Positions 18,522 to 31,376 of a stretch of DNA of 64,000 nucleotides are shown in pieces. Source of the stretch: Candidatus Eiseniibacteriota bacterium (lineage in GTDB: Bacteria > Eisenbacteria > RBG-16-71-46 > CAVPCR01); NCBI GenBank assembly GCA_963702435.1, contig CAVPCR010000002.1, forward strand, positions 288,001-352,000, read 5' to 3'. Numbering within the stretch: the first letter of the stretch is position 1; the number at the start of each line of letters is the position of its first letter. A program made the position numbers and the translations under genes. The notes below the pieces were generated by a model. The model saw nothing but the letters and a program-made list of their open reading frames with translations, was not told the DNA's origin and made no database searches.

Positions 18522-19852
18522 GCCTCCTCCGCGCGCGGCGGGAAGTCGGGCCCGAGCCGCTCGGCGACGAAGCCGACGGCGCGGGCGGCGGCGCCGCGCG
18601 CCCCGGCCACCGCCGCCCGCGCCCGCTCCCCTGCCGCCCCGGCCCGCTCCGGAGCGGCGAGGAGCGGGCCCAGGGCTGCCGCCAGTTCCTGCGCATCGGC
18701 GCAAGTTATTCCTCCACCCGCGGCGAGGAGCAGCTCGACCTCCCCCGCGGTGCCGCGCTGCCCCGGGCCGAAGAGGACCGCCCGCCCGCGCACCGCCGGC
18801 TCGAGCACGTTGTGGCCGCCGCGCCCCGTGAAGCCGCCGCCGACGATCGCCACCCAGCCGAGCGCGTAGGCCGCCGCGAGCTCGCCGAGCGTGTCGAGGA
18901 GGAGCACCTCGGTGCCGCCTTCCGCGGCGGCGGCGAGCGCCGCGCCGAGCGGCGCCGGCGACGCGCTCCGCCGCGCGGTGCGGAACCCGCGTTGCGCTGA
19001 GAGCGCCGCGACCGCGCCCACGCGCGGGAGATGGCGCGGCGCGAGGACGAGGAGCGGCGCCGGCGATACGGCAAGCGCCCGGTACGCGGCGAGGAGGAGC
19101 TCCTCATCGCCCTCCCGGGTCGAGCCGGCGACGACGACCGCCCGCCCCGCGAGCGGGGCGGGCGGGGCGGCCGCCTCCGCCCACGGCTGGGCGTCGATCT
19201 TGCTCGAGCCGGCGACGCGGATGGCCGCGGGCGGCGTCCCGAGCGCGGCGAAACGCTCCGCGTCCGCCGCGCTCTGCGCCGCCACCGCGCAGAGCTCGGC
19301 GAGGAGCGGCCGGAGGAGCGGCGCGAGGAGGCGGTACCGGGGCAGGCTCTCGGCCGTGAGCCGCCCGTTCACGATCGCCGCCGGCACGCGGCGCGCCGCC
19401 GCCGTCCCGAGGAGGCCGGGCCACAGCTCGGTCTCGGCCAGGAGGAGGAGATCCGGCGCGAGAGCGGTGAAGGCGCGCTCGAGCGGAGCCCGGCAATCGG
19501 CGGGGAGTGCGAAGGCGCGCTCCGGTCCGACCAGGCGCCGCGCCCGATCCACCCCGGTGTCGGTGAACGCCGAGACGACGACTCCCGCCGCGGGCCAGCG
19601 CGCCGCGAGCTCGGTGAGAATCGGCGGCAAGGCGCTGATTTCTCCGACGGAGGCGCCGTGGAGCCAGATCCGCGGCCGGGCGGCCGCGTAGCCCGCGGGC
19701 GGGGTCACCCGGCCGTCGCGCTCGAGCCGGATCGCCTGGTCCCGGCCGTAGCGGCCATGCCAGCGGAGGAGAGCGAACGTGCCGCGCGCCACCGCCCCGT
19801 AGACGAGACCGGCGGCGCGGCTCGCGAAGGGGACGGCCGCGAGCGGCGTCAT
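18518..19852 (-). CDS. waaA: Kdo transferase
   Basis: WLHGASVGE, ETELWPG, VNGRL, AGSTREG, APRH, DTLGEL, GGHNVLEP. Confidence 0.93.
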   Translation of the reverse strand: MTPLAAVPFASRAAGLVYGAVARGTFALLRWHGRYGRDQAIRLERDGRVTPPAGYAAARPRIWLHGASVGEISALPPILTELAARWPAAGVVVSAFTDTGVDRARRLVGPERAFALPADCRAPLERAFTALAPDLLLLAETELWPGLLGTAAARRVPAAIVNGRLTAESLPRYRLLAPLLRPLLAELCAVAAQSAADAERFAALGTPPAAIRVAGSSKIDAQPWAEAAAPPAPLAGRAVVVAGSTREGDEELLLAAYRALAVSPAPLLVLAPRHLPRVGAVAALSAQRGFRTARRSASPAPLGAALAAAAEGGTEVLLLDTLGELAAAYALGWVAIVGGGFTGRGGHNVLEPAVRGRAVLFGPGQRGTAGEVELLLAAGGGITCADAQELAAALGPLLAAPERAGAAGERARAAVAGARGAAARAVGFVAERLGPDFPPRAEEA

Positions 19853-21039
19853 CAGCGGGCCGCCTCGCGCTCGACGCGCGCGAGCTCGTCGAGGATGGCC
19901 GCGGCCGCCCGCGCCGCCGCCCCCGGCGGCCCGAGCCGGGCCCCGAGGGTCGCGAAGTCCGCGCGCTGCGCCGCCCGCGCCGCCGGATCGAGGAGCAGCC
20001 CGCGCGCCGCGGCGGCCACCGCGGGCACGGTGAACGCGCCCTGCACGAACTCGGGCACGATCGGCCGCCCGGCGACCACGTTGACCAGGCCGATCGAGTC
20101 GATGCGGACGAGCCGCCGCGCGATCGCATAGGTGAGCGGCGTCACCCGGTACACGATGAGCATCGGCGTACCGAGGAGCGCCGTCTCGAGCGTTGCGGTG
20201 CCGGCGGCGACGAGCGCGAGATCGGCGGCGCGCACGACCGCCGGATCGCCGCCGGGGACGAGCTCGGCGGCGACGCCGGCCGCCGCCGCGGCGCGCGCGT
20301 ACGGCGCCGTGGCCAGCCCTCGCCCCACGCGCACGAACACCTTGAGCCGCGGCACCGTGCGGCCGAGCTCCGCCGCCACGGCGAGGAGCGGCGGCAAGAG
20401 CCGCGCCACCTCGCCGCGCCGGCTCCCCGGTTGGAGGACGAGGGCGAGATCCGCGGCATCGAGACCGCACGCCGCTCGCGCCGCAGCGCGGGGCGGCGCC
20501 TCGAGCACCTGCTCGACGAGCGGATGGCCGACGTGCGTCACCGGCACGCCGGCGCCGGCGTAGAGCTCCACCTCGAAATCGAAGAACACGAGCATGCGGC
20601 GGACCACCCGCCGGATGAGAGCAAGGCGGCCCATGCCCCAGGCCCACAGCTGCGGGCTGATGAAGTAGACGACCGGCACGCCGCGCGCGTGCGCCGTGCG
20701 CGCGAGCCGCAGATTCAGCCCGGGGAAATCGACCGGGATAAAGAGGCTCGGCGGCGCCGCCCCCGCCGATCCGGCGAGCCGCGCCGCGAGCCGCCGGCGC
20801 ACCGCGAGGATCTCACCGAGGCGCCCGAGCACCTCGACCAGACCGACCACCGAGATCCGCTCGAGGTCGGCGAGGAGCTCGACCCCGGCCGCCGCCATCT
20901 CCGGCCCGCCGAGCCCGATCGAGCGCACGTCGGGACGCACGGCGTGGATGGCGCGCACGACCCGCGCCGCATGGCGATCGCCGGAGGCCTCCCCCGCCGA
21001 CCACAGCAGGACGGGGCCCGCGCCCCCGGGCCGGGTCAT
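19852..21039 (-). CDS. lpxB: Lipid-A-disaccharide synthase
   Basis: AGEASGD, DFPGLN, SPQLWAW, VGHPL, PGSRRGE, GTATLE, PEFVQ. Confidence 0.95.
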   Translation of the reverse strand: MTRPGGAGPVLLWSAGEASGDRHAARVVRAIHAVRPDVRSIGLGGPEMAAAGVELLADLERISVVGLVEVLGRLGEILAVRRRLAARLAGSAGAAPPSLFIPVDFPGLNLRLARTAHARGVPVVYFISPQLWAWGMGRLALIRRVVRRMLVFFDFEVELYAGAGVPVTHVGHPLVEQVLEAPPRAAARAACGLDAADLALVLQPGSRRGEVARLLPPLLAVAAELGRTVPRLKVFVRVGRGLATAPYARAAAAAGVAAELVPGGDPAVVRAADLALVAAGTATLETALLGTPMLIVYRVTPLTYAIARRLVRIDSIGLVNVVAGRPIVPEFVQGAFTVPAVAAAARGLLLDPAARAAQRADFATLGARLGPPGAAARAAAAILDELARVEREAAR

Positions 21040-21040
21040 G

Positions 21041-22045
21041 TCACACCCCGGCCGCGCTGCCCGCCGCCGCCTCGGCCATGCTCTCCGCCACCGCCGCGGC
21101 CAGCTCGACCGCACGGAGGCCGTCATCGCCGGACGGCACGGGCGGGCGACCGCTCGCGACCGCTTCGACGAAGGCCGCGATCTCGGCGGCGAGCGGCTCC
21201 GGATCGCCCTTCGCGTCGATCACCTGATGATCGAGGCTCGCCAGCAGCGCGGGGAGCGCTGCCGTTCCCGCGCCGGGGAGAATGGCCGCCGCCCCCGGCC
21301 GGCGGGTGATCACCTCGGCCGCGCGCGCGGCGAAGTCGATCGAGACGTAGGCGTCCGCCTGGAACAGGCGGAGCTTGCGCATCTTCTCGCGCGAGACGCG
21401 GCTCGCGGTCAGATTGGCGACGAGGCCGTCCGCGAACTCGATCCGCGCGTTGGCGATGTCGGCGCTCGCGGTCAGGACCGGCACGCCGACCGCGATCACG
21501 CGGCGGACCGGGGCCGGCGTGAGCGCGGCGACGAGATCGAGGTCGTGGATCATGAGATCGAAGATGACGTCCACATCGAGTCCGCGCGCGACGAAGGACG
21601 AGAGGCGATGCCCCTCGATGAAGCGAGGCGTCCGGATGAGGGGCGCCACGCGGCGAAAGGCCCCGTTCCAGCGTTCGACGTGCCCGATCATGAGCGGCGC
21701 GCCGCCGCGCCGTGCCGCGTCGCGGATGGCCGTGGCCGCCGCGACCGACGGCGCCATCGGCTTCTCGAGGAGGACCGCCTTGCCGCGCTCGAGGGCGGGA
21801 ATCGCGCAGGCGGCGTGGTCCGCCGCCGGGACCGCGACCGAGAGGGCGTCCACCGCGGCGACGAGATCCTCGGCGCTCGGAAAGACGCGGACTCCGAGCT
21901 CGGCGCCGACGGCGGCGGCGCGCGCGGCGTCGCGGTCCGCCACCCCGGCCAGCACGACCGCCGGATGGCGCGCGTAGTGCCGCGCGTGGTAGGCGCCGAG
22001 GTGTCCGACTCCGAGCACCCCGACCTGGAGGCGGTGTGCGCTCAT
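21041..22045 (-). CDS. Gfo/Idh/MocA oxidoreductase, GnnA-like (UDP-GlcNAc 3-dehydrogenase candidate)
   Basis: GVGHLG..HAR, EKP, GHVERWN, DVDVIFDLMIHDLD, ANLTASRVS. Sits between lpxA and lpxB. Confidence 0.8.
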   Translation of the reverse strand: MSAHRLQVGVLGVGHLGAYHARHYARHPAVVLAGVADRDAARAAAVGAELGVRVFPSAEDLVAAVDALSVAVPAADHAACAIPALERGKAVLLEKPMAPSVAAATAIRDAARRGGAPLMIGHVERWNGAFRRVAPLIRTPRFIEGHRLSSFVARGLDVDVIFDLMIHDLDLVAALTPAPVRRVIAVGVPVLTASADIANARIEFADGLVANLTASRVSREKMRKLRLFQADAYVSIDFAARAAEVITRRPGAAAILPGAGTAALPALLASLDHQVIDAKGDPEPLAAEIAAFVEAVASGRPPVPSGDDGLRAVELAAAVAESMAEAAAGSAAGV

Positions 22046-22099
22046 CTCCTCCTCCCCGCGCGCCCCCGGGCGGCCGCGCCCGGGCAGCCGCACCGGCCC

Positions 22100-22876
22100 C
22101 TACTTCGTGATGCCTCGCTCCGAGGCCGCGATGAAATCGAGGAAGGCCGTGACCTCGGGGAATGGCTTGAGCTCGGCCCGAGCCTTCTCGAGCGCCTGCG
22201 TCACGTTGAGCTCCGAGCGATAGACCGTCCGGTAGGCGCGCTTCAGCTCCGCCACCACCTCGGCCGGAAAGCCGCGCCGGGCGAGGCCGACCGAGTTGAG
22301 TCCGGCCACCCGGAGCGGGTTCCCCGCGCAGCGCACGAAAGGCGGGATGTCTTGCGGGATGCGGGAGCCGCCGCCGATGAAGGAGTGCCGTCCGATGCGG
22401 ACGAACTGGTGGATGGGGGTCATGCCGCCGATGATCGCCGCGTCCTCGATCGAGACGTGGCCGGCCAGCATGACGGCGTTGGCGAGGATCACCCCGTTCC
22501 CTATCCTACAGTTGTGGGCGACGTGCACGTAGGCCATGAGCAGGTTGTCGTCGCCGATCGTGGTCTCGCCCCCCTCCTCGGTCGCCCGGTGGATGGTGAC
22601 GTACTCGCGGATCACGTTGCGCCGCCCGATCCGCACCCAGCTCTGGGCTCCGCTGTACTTGAGATCCTGCGGCTCGTTGCCGATGACCGCGCCGGCGTGA
22701 ATGCGGCAGTCCTCGCCGATCACGGTCCAGCCGTCGAGGACCGCATGCGGCCCGATCACGGTGCGATCGCCGACGACCACGTTGTCGCCGACGATCGCGT
22801 AGTGGCCGACCCGCACGCCCGACCCGAGCCTGGCCCCGGGGGCGACGATGGCGGTTGCGTCGATGACGGTGGACAT
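22100..22876 (-). CDS. lpxA: Acyl-ACP:UDP-GlcNAc O-acyltransferase
   Basis: Hexapeptide repeats, PQDLKY, IREYVTIHRAT, HVAHNC, LAGHV, HQFVRIG, GLNSVGL. Confidence 0.96.
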   Translation of the reverse strand: MSTVIDATAIVAPGARLGSGVRVGHYAIVGDNVVVGDRTVIGPHAVLDGWTVIGEDCRIHAGAVIGNEPQDLKYSGAQSWVRIGRRNVIREYVTIHRATEEGGETTIGDDNLLMAYVHVAHNCRIGNGVILANAVMLAGHVSIEDAAIIGGMTPIHQFVRIGRHSFIGGGSRIPQDIPPFVRCAGNPLRVAGLNSVGLARRGFPAEVVAELKRAYRTVYRSELNVTQALEKARAELKPFPEVTAFLDFIAASERGITK

Positions 22877-22923
22877 CTCCGTCTGTTCTCCTCGCTCCGG
22901 CGCGGTCCGACCGCGGGAATCCG

Positions 22924-24243
22924 TCAGCGCTCGATCACGCTCGACAGGAGCTCCGCCTCGGCGACCAGATTGCCGTCCACGTAAGCCTCGCCGCGCATCC
23001 GGCAGATGCGGCCCTTCAGCTTGAGCAGGGTGAGCTCGAAGCGGAGCTGGTCTCCGGGCGTCACCGGGCGGCGAAACTTGGCCTTGTCGATGCCGATGAA
23101 GTAGACGAGCTTCGAGTCGGGTTCTTCGACCCGATTGAGCAACATGAAACCGCCCACCTGGGCCATGGCCTCGATGATGAGCACCGCGGGCATGATCGGA
23201 TGCCCGGGGAAGTGCCCGGCGAAGAAGGCCTCGTTGGCGGTCACGTTCTTGATCCCGACCACCTTGGTGGCGGTGAGCTCGAGGATGCGGTCGACGAGCA
23301 GCATCGGGTAGCGGTGCGGCATGATGCGCTCGATCGCCGTGATGTCCCAGATCCGCTCGCCGCCGGGAGTCATGGTCGGCCGCGCCCCGCCCATCGAGCC
23401 CGCGGTGGCCGCGCGGAGCTTGCGCACGAACTTGACGTGCGACTGATGCCCGGAGCGGAAGGCCACGATGTGGGCGTGCAGCGGCGCTCCGACGAAGGAC
23501 AGATCGCCGAGCAGGTCGAGGATCTTGTGGCGCACGAACTCGTTCGGAAAGCGCAGCGGTTCGTCGTTCAGGATCTTGTCGTCCTCGATGACGACCGCAT
23601 TGGACAGGGATCCGCCCTTGATCATGCCGGCCCGGCGGAGCTCCTCGACGTCCTTGAGCAGCACGAAGGTGCGGGCCGGAGCGATCTCCCGCTCGAAGGT
23701 CTCCGGATCCAGCTCGAAGCTCGCGCTCTGCGTGCCCACCACCCGGTTCGGGTAGTCGATCGTGTAGGTGATGCGGAGGCCGTCGTGCGGCACGGCGAGG
23801 AGCTGCACGCCCTGCTCGTCGAGGCTGACCGGTCCGTCGAGCCGCAGATAGTGCCGGGGCGCCCCCTGCTCGCGGAAGCCGCCCGACTTGAGCGTCTCGA
23901 CGATGGGCAGCGCGCTGCCGTCGGCCGGCTCCGGCGCCTCCTCGCCGTCGATCTCGACGCGCAGGTTGTCGATGCCGAGACCGTGGATGGCGCCGAGGAT
24001 GTGCTCGACCGTGTGCACCTCGACCTGGCCGTTGGTGAGGATGGTGCGGCGCCCGCGGGCCGGGTCGTAGCGCGCCGACTGCGGGCTCACCGGAATGGGC
24101 AGGGTGCCGGCCACATCCACCCGCACGAAGGAGAGGCCCGAGTTCACCTCCTCCGGGCAGAAGGTGACGGTCGTGGACCGGCCGGAGTGGAGCCCGACTC
24201 CGGTGAAGGCAACCGGATGCTCGATGGTTCGCTGCTTGGTCAT
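22924..24243 (-). CDS. lpxC/fabZ: Bifunctional LpxC deacetylase / FabZ dehydratase fusion
   Basis: [36 protein letters not shown], followed by [26 protein letters not shown]. Confidence 0.96.
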   Translation of the reverse strand: MTKQRTIEHPVAFTGVGLHSGRSTTVTFCPEEVNSGLSFVRVDVAGTLPIPVSPQSARYDPARGRRTILTNGQVEVHTVEHILGAIHGLGIDNLRVEIDGEEAPEPADGSALPIVETLKSGGFREQGAPRHYLRLDGPVSLDEQGVQLLAVPHDGLRITYTIDYPNRVVGTQSASFELDPETFEREIAPARTFVLLKDVEELRRAGMIKGGSLSNAVVIEDDKILNDEPLRFPNEFVRHKILDLLGDLSFVGAPLHAHIVAFRSGHQSHVKFVRKLRAATAGSMGGARPTMTPGGERIWDITAIERIMPHRYPMLLVDRILELTATKVVGIKNVTANEAFFAGHFPGHPIMPAVLIIEAMAQVGGFMLLNRVEEPDSKLVYFIGIDKAKFRRPVTPGDQLRFELTLLKLKGRICRMRGEAYVDGNLVAEAELLSSVIER

Positions 24244-25352
24244 GACTCCTCGGTGGAGCGCACACCGTCGCCGGCACGCATGCCGATTCCGGCGCGATCG
24301 CCATTGCTGGTGCCGCCGCCCCCGCCCGCCTCGCGCTCGGCGAGGAGGGCGGCCACCTGGGCCTTGAGCGCCGCGATCTCGCGCAGGATCTCCGGCGTGC
24401 GGCGGATGGCCGCGTAGACGCGCTTCGACTGGTGGAGCGGCATCGCCGGCGTGCCCCACAGCTGCTCGCCGGGCGGCACCGAGGCGATGACCCCGGCCTG
24501 GCCGCCGATCTGGGCGCCGTCGCCGATCACGACGTGGCCGGCGATCCCGGCCTGCCCGGCCAGGATGACCCCTTGCCCGATGACGGCGGAGCCGCCGATC
24601 CCGACCTGGGCGATCACGAGCGAGTCGGCGCCGATCCGCACGTTGTGCCCGACATGCACCAGGTTGTCGAACTTGGTGCCGCGCTCGATCACCGTATCAC
24701 CCAGCGTGCCCCGATCGATGGCGCAGGACGCTCCGATCTCGACATCGTCTCCGATCACCACCCGTCCGATCTGCGGCACCTTGATGTGGCGATCCCCCTC
24801 GCGCCGGAAGCCGTAGCCGTCGGAACCGATGACGCTGCCCGAGTGCACGATCACGCGGTCGCCGAGCACGCACTCCTCGCGCAGCACGACCTGGGGATAG
24901 ATGAGGCCGTCGGTGCCGATGCAGACCCCGCGTCCCACGTAGACGAGCGCGCTCACGATCGTGCGATCGCCGACCTCGGCCCCGGCCTCGAGCACCGCGT
25001 GCGGCCCGACCGAGACCCGATCGCCCAGGCGCACGCCGGGCCCGATCACCGCCGTCGGGTGGATGCCCGGCGGCGGCGGCGGCGGCGGCGGATGGAGGAG
25101 TGCCGCCGCGGAGAAGAAGGCGCGCAGCGGATCCGGATGCTCGATCACGGGACGCGCGAAGGGGCGATGATCGGCGGCGACGAGGATGGCGGCGGCCCGG
25201 GTCGCCGCGGCGGCCTCCTCGTAGCGCGGATCGGCGAGAAAGGTCAGATCCCCCGGGCCGGCCTCCCGGATGCCGGCGACCCCGGTCACCTCGACGGCAG
25301 GATCGCCGTTGAGAACGCCCCCGATCCTGGCGGCGAGATCATCGAGCCGCAC
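24240..25352 (-). CDS. lpxD: UDP-3-O-acylglucosamine N-acyltransferase
   Basis: LTFLADPRY, hexapeptide repeats, [26 protein letters not shown]. Confidence 0.96.
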   Translation of the reverse strand: MRLDDLAARIGGVLNGDPAVEVTGVAGIREAGPGDLTFLADPRYEEAAAATRAAAILVAADHRPFARPVIEHPDPLRAFFSAAALLHPPPPPPPPGIHPTAVIGPGVRLGDRVSVGPHAVLEAGAEVGDRTIVSALVYVGRGVCIGTDGLIYPQVVLREECVLGDRVIVHSGSVIGSDGYGFRREGDRHIKVPQIGRVVIGDDVEIGASCAIDRGTLGDTVIERGTKFDNLVHVGHNVRIGADSLVIAQVGIGGSAVIGQGVILAGQAGIAGHVVIGDGAQIGGQAGVIASVPPGEQLWGTPAMPLHQSKRVYAAIRRTPEILREIAALKAQVAALLAEREAGGGGGTSNGDRAGIGMRAGDGVRSTEES

Positions 25353-25376
25353 GCTCGTCCACCTCTTCCCCGCCCG

Positions 25377-26060
25377 TCACTCGTTCGAGCCCCCGCCGAC
25401 CGGCGGCTGGGGAGTGCCCGGCTGTGGTTGTTGTTGCTGCTGCTGTCCGGCGGGTTGCGTGGGCATCCCCTCGGCCATCTTCGCCAGCACGCGGTCGGTC
25501 AGGTCGAAGTCCTTGTTGGCCCAGACCAGGTTCGCATCACTCGCGTCGAAGACGAAGTCGTAGCCCTCGTCGCGCGCGATCAGACTCACCGCTTCCTTGA
25601 CCTTCTCGAGGATGGCCTTGGTCAGCTCGTAGTTCCGCTTGTCGACGAGGCCGCCGTCCCCGTAGACCTCCTTGACGCGCCGCTCGTACTCGCCGGCGAA
25701 CTGGGTGCGCCGCTGCTCGAGCTCCTGCCGCTTGGTCTCGGACACGAGGAGCCGCTTCTGCTCGATCTCCTGCTCGATGTCGATGATCTGCTTCTTCTTC
25801 TCCTCGAGCTCGCGGTTCCAGGTCTCGATGTCGCGGTTGAGCGCCTGCTCGGCGTCGCGGCTCCCCTGGTACTCGGCTTCCGGCCCGATGATGCGCCAGC
25901 TCGTGACGTAGGCGATCCGGGCCTGGGCCGCCGCGGTGCCGGGCAGGAGCCCGCCCGCGAGGGCGCCGAGGACGAGCACGGGCAGGAACCGGCGCGCGCG
26001 CAGGGAACGGGGAGGCGACGTGAACGGCGGGCCGGAGATGGCGTTGGTCATGTTCGTCAT
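25377..26060 (-). CDS. skp: OmpH/Skp periplasmic chaperone
   Basis: Signal peptide, RIAYV, coiled-coil core, GYDFVFD, DLTDRVL. Lies between bamA and lpxD. Start uncertain. Gln/Pro-rich tail. Confidence 0.88.
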   Translation of the reverse strand: MTNMTNAISGPPFTSPPRSLRARRFLPVLVLGALAGGLLPGTAAAQARIAYVTSWRIIGPEAEYQGSRDAEQALNRDIETWNRELEEKKKQIIDIEQEIEQKRLLVSETKRQELEQRRTQFAGEYERRVKEVYGDGGLVDKRNYELTKAILEKVKEAVSLIARDEGYDFVFDASDANLVWANKDFDLTDRVLAKMAEGMPTQPAGQQQQQQPQPGTPQPPVGGGSNE

Positions 26061-26168
26061 CCAGAAACCGGGAGCTTAGCCCACTCCCGACCGGCTGGAA
26101 AGCCCATTGTGGGCCGGGCACCGGTTGCGCCGGCCGGGCTCGGGGCGAACCCGCGATTCGCGTTCAAA

Positions 26169-28574
26169 CTAGAACTGCGCGCCGATCAGGAAGTGCGGCT
26201 CCCAGCGGGCGCCGCCCAGGCGATCGAAGCCGAATCCGTAGTCGAAGCCGATCATGCCGAGGAGCGGGATCTCGAGCCGCACGCCGATGCCGGCGCCCTT
26301 GCGCAGATCGCCGAGCCGCACCTCGTCGGTCGAGTTCCAGGTGTCGCCGACGTCCATGAAGACGAGCCCGTGGACCGGCTCCGCGATCAGGAACTGGAGC
26401 TCCGAGGTGAAGATGAGCCCGATGCGGCCGCCGGGATAGCGATCGTTGGCCCGCGGCACGATCTCGTAGTCCGCGTAGCCGCGGAGCGCGTAGGTGGTCG
26501 AGCCGCCGAGTCGGAAGGTCTCGTAGTCGGGCACGTAGGGTGAGCCGCCGAAGCCGGTCAGGAGCCCGCCCCGCGCGCGCAGCATGAGCACCGGCCGCCA
26601 GTAGGTCGGGACATAGGTGCGCGCATCGAGCACGTGCTTCTGGAAGCTGACGTCCCCGCCGAGGAATGCGCCTGCGAACTCGGAGCGCCAGCTCACGCGA
26701 CTCCCGATCGTGGGATAGAACGGGCTGTCGGTCGAGTTGCGGCTGAACGATACCGCGATCGACGAGGTGGTCGACGACCCTGCCTGCACGTTGTACCCGG
26801 GTTCGACGTTCGAGATCTCGACGCTCTCGAGCCGGTAGCTCAGGTAGCCGCGCGTATAGTCGGGCCACTTGAGCGGCCGCCCCAGGCGGATGGCGCCGCC
26901 GCGCCGGCGGTCATCGTAGATGTCGCGGCGGATGCGGGTGTTGAACAGGTCGAAGCCGACCGAGGTCGGCGTGTCCATGAACCAGGGCTCGGTGAAGGAG
27001 ATATCCTGCTGCCCGCTCCTGCCGCCGGCCTCGATCTTGAGATTCAGCTGCTGGCCGTTCCCGAACAGGTTGTTGTGGCCCATCTCGATGAAGCCGGTGA
27101 GGCCGCCGGCGGAGGAGAAGCCGGCTCCCGCCTGCAAGGTGCCGGTCTGCTTCTCCTTGACGTCGAACACGATGTCGATGTCCGACGTGCCCTGTCCTGC
27201 CCGTTCGAAGTCGACCTTCACGTCCTCGAAGAAACCGAGCTGGAAGACCTCGCGCTGGCTGCGCACGAGGGCGGTGCGCGAGAAGCGGTCCCCGGGCCGG
27301 ATCACGAGATGGCGCCGGACCACCTTCTCCTTGGTCCGCGTGTTCCCGGTCACCCGCACCTGGCGCACCATGGACGGCTCGCCCTCGGTGACCTGGAACT
27401 CGAGCGCCACGCTCTTGTCGGTCACCGTCTTCCGCGGCTCGACGCTGACGTAGATGTAGCCTTCCTCGGCATAGGCGGAGTAGGCGTTGGAGACCGTCGT
27501 CGAGATCTTCTCGTCCGAGTACGGATCGCCCGCGAACCACGCCACCTGGCGCTCGAGCTGGGCGGTGCCGATGATCGAGTTGCCACTCCAGGTCGCTGCG
27601 CCCATCGTGTAGAAGGGGCCCGGCTCGACGCGGATGTCGATCGCGAGGAGCGGCTCGTCGGGATCGAACTCGAGGGTGTAGGAGGGTTCCTTGGCGTCCT
27701 TGTATCCCATGTTGTGCAGGTTCGCGGTGACGATCTCGAGATCGGCGCGGAGCTGCTCCTCCTTGTAGTCGCCGCCCCACAGGAGTCCCTTCTTCTTGGT
27801 CTTGATCCCCTTGAGCAGGCGATCCCGATCGAGTCCCTCGATGCCGGCGACCCGCACCGCGGAGATCTTGACCTTCCGCCCCTCGTCGACCCGGAAGGTG
27901 AGCGCCACGCGCCCGGGGCCGTCGGCCTCGCTCGCCGCGACCTCGGACCCGATCGCGACCTGGGAATAGCCCTTCTCCTTGTACGCGGCGGCGAGGGCCT
28001 TGGTCTGATCGCCCAGCACGCGATCATCGAAGATCTGGCCTTCCTTGACCGTGAGCTTCTCCTTGAGCCCGGCGTCGTCGATCTTCTTGTTACCCTCGAA
28101 CACGATGCGCCCGACGCGTCGCTTCTCGGCGACGTCCACGATCAGGCGCACCTGTCCCGGGCCCGTCTCCTCGCCGTAGATGTCCACATCGTCGAAGAGA
28201 CCGAGGGCGTACAGCTTGCGGAGGGCCTCCTTCACGTCGTCGCGACTCACCGCGCTCCCCGGCGCGAGACGGGCCGAGCTCACGATCAGCTCGCGGTCGA
28301 CCGCCTGGTTGCCGCGGACCTCGAGCGCAGTGATGGTTCCGAGCAGCTCGGCGCGAGCGGGCGCGGCCAGGGCGGCGAAGACCACGACGAGAACGAGGCC
28401 GCCGGCGGCACGGCGCAGAGCGGCCGGCGCCCCGCGCGGGGCGCGCCGGTCCGGCCGGCGCCAGGCCGCGCGGCATGGTGGCAGGGACGCTTCGCGCCCC
28501 GCGCCTCTGGGTTCTCTACCTCTGATCAGGGGTATCGGCTCCTGGCGATTCTCGACCCACCGAGCGCGGCTCAC
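26169..28574 (-). CDS. bamA: Outer-membrane protein assembly factor BamA
   Basis: POTRA repeats (GNQAV, GNKKI, GNTRTKEKVVRR), NLFGNGQ, SFTEPW, LRGY, terminal F. True start uncertain. Confidence 0.93.
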   Translation of the reverse strand: MSRARWVENRQEPIPLIRGREPRGAGREASLPPCRAAWRRPDRRAPRGAPAALRRAAGGLVLVVVFAALAAPARAELLGTITALEVRGNQAVDRELIVSSARLAPGSAVSRDDVKEALRKLYALGLFDDVDIYGEETGPGQVRLIVDVAEKRRVGRIVFEGNKKIDDAGLKEKLTVKEGQIFDDRVLGDQTKALAAAYKEKGYSQVAIGSEVAASEADGPGRVALTFRVDEGRKVKISAVRVAGIEGLDRDRLLKGIKTKKKGLLWGGDYKEEQLRADLEIVTANLHNMGYKDAKEPSYTLEFDPDEPLLAIDIRVEPGPFYTMGAATWSGNSIIGTAQLERQVAWFAGDPYSDEKISTTVSNAYSAYAEEGYIYVSVEPRKTVTDKSVALEFQVTEGEPSMVRQVRVTGNTRTKEKVVRRHLVIRPGDRFSRTALVRSQREVFQLGFFEDVKVDFERAGQGTSDIDIVFDVKEKQTGTLQAGAGFSSAGGLTGFIEMGHNNLFGNGQQLNLKIEAGGRSGQQDISFTEPWFMDTPTSVGFDLFNTRIRRDIYDDRRRGGAIRLGRPLKWPDYTRGYLSYRLESVEISNVEPGYNVQAGSSTTSSIAVSFSRNSTDSPFYPTIGSRVSWRSEFAGAFLGGDVSFQKHVLDARTYVPTYWRPVLMLRARGGLLTGFGGSPYVPDYETFRLGGSTTYALRGYADYEIVPRANDRYPGGRIGLIFTSELQFLIAEPVHGLVFMDVGDTWNSTDEVRLGDLRKGAGIGVRLEIPLLGMIGFDYGFGFDRLGGARWEPHFLIGAQF

Positions 28575-28728
28575 TGCCGGCCCGGCCGGCCCGGCGGCGC
28601 CGCGGGGAACTTCCGCCGGGGCCGCATCCTAGCAGGCCCCGGGGGCGTCACGGAAGCCGGCCTGGCACCCTTCGCTCCTACCCGGCCCCGGCGCCCCGGG
28701 TTTCCGGCCCCCAGCGGGGACAAGACGG

Positions 28729-28790
28729 AAAAACCCCGGCCTCGCCCGCTCGCCCCCGGGCCGGCCCGGGGAGAGGAGGCAAGGCCGGGG
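28729..28790 (-). terminator. Intrinsic terminator downstream of clpC
   Basis: Long GC hairpin CCCCGGCCTTGCC...GGGCGAGGCCGGGG followed by TTTTT on the minus strand. Confidence 0.6.
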
Positions 28791-28820
28791 CGTCCACCGC
28801 CGGCCGGGCTCCCTGGTTCC

Positions 28821-31324
<2,504 letters not shown>

Positions 31325-31376
31325 CCCTTGTCTCCTTCGCTCGCGCGGTCGAACCGCGGGCGCCGGGGCCTGCGAT

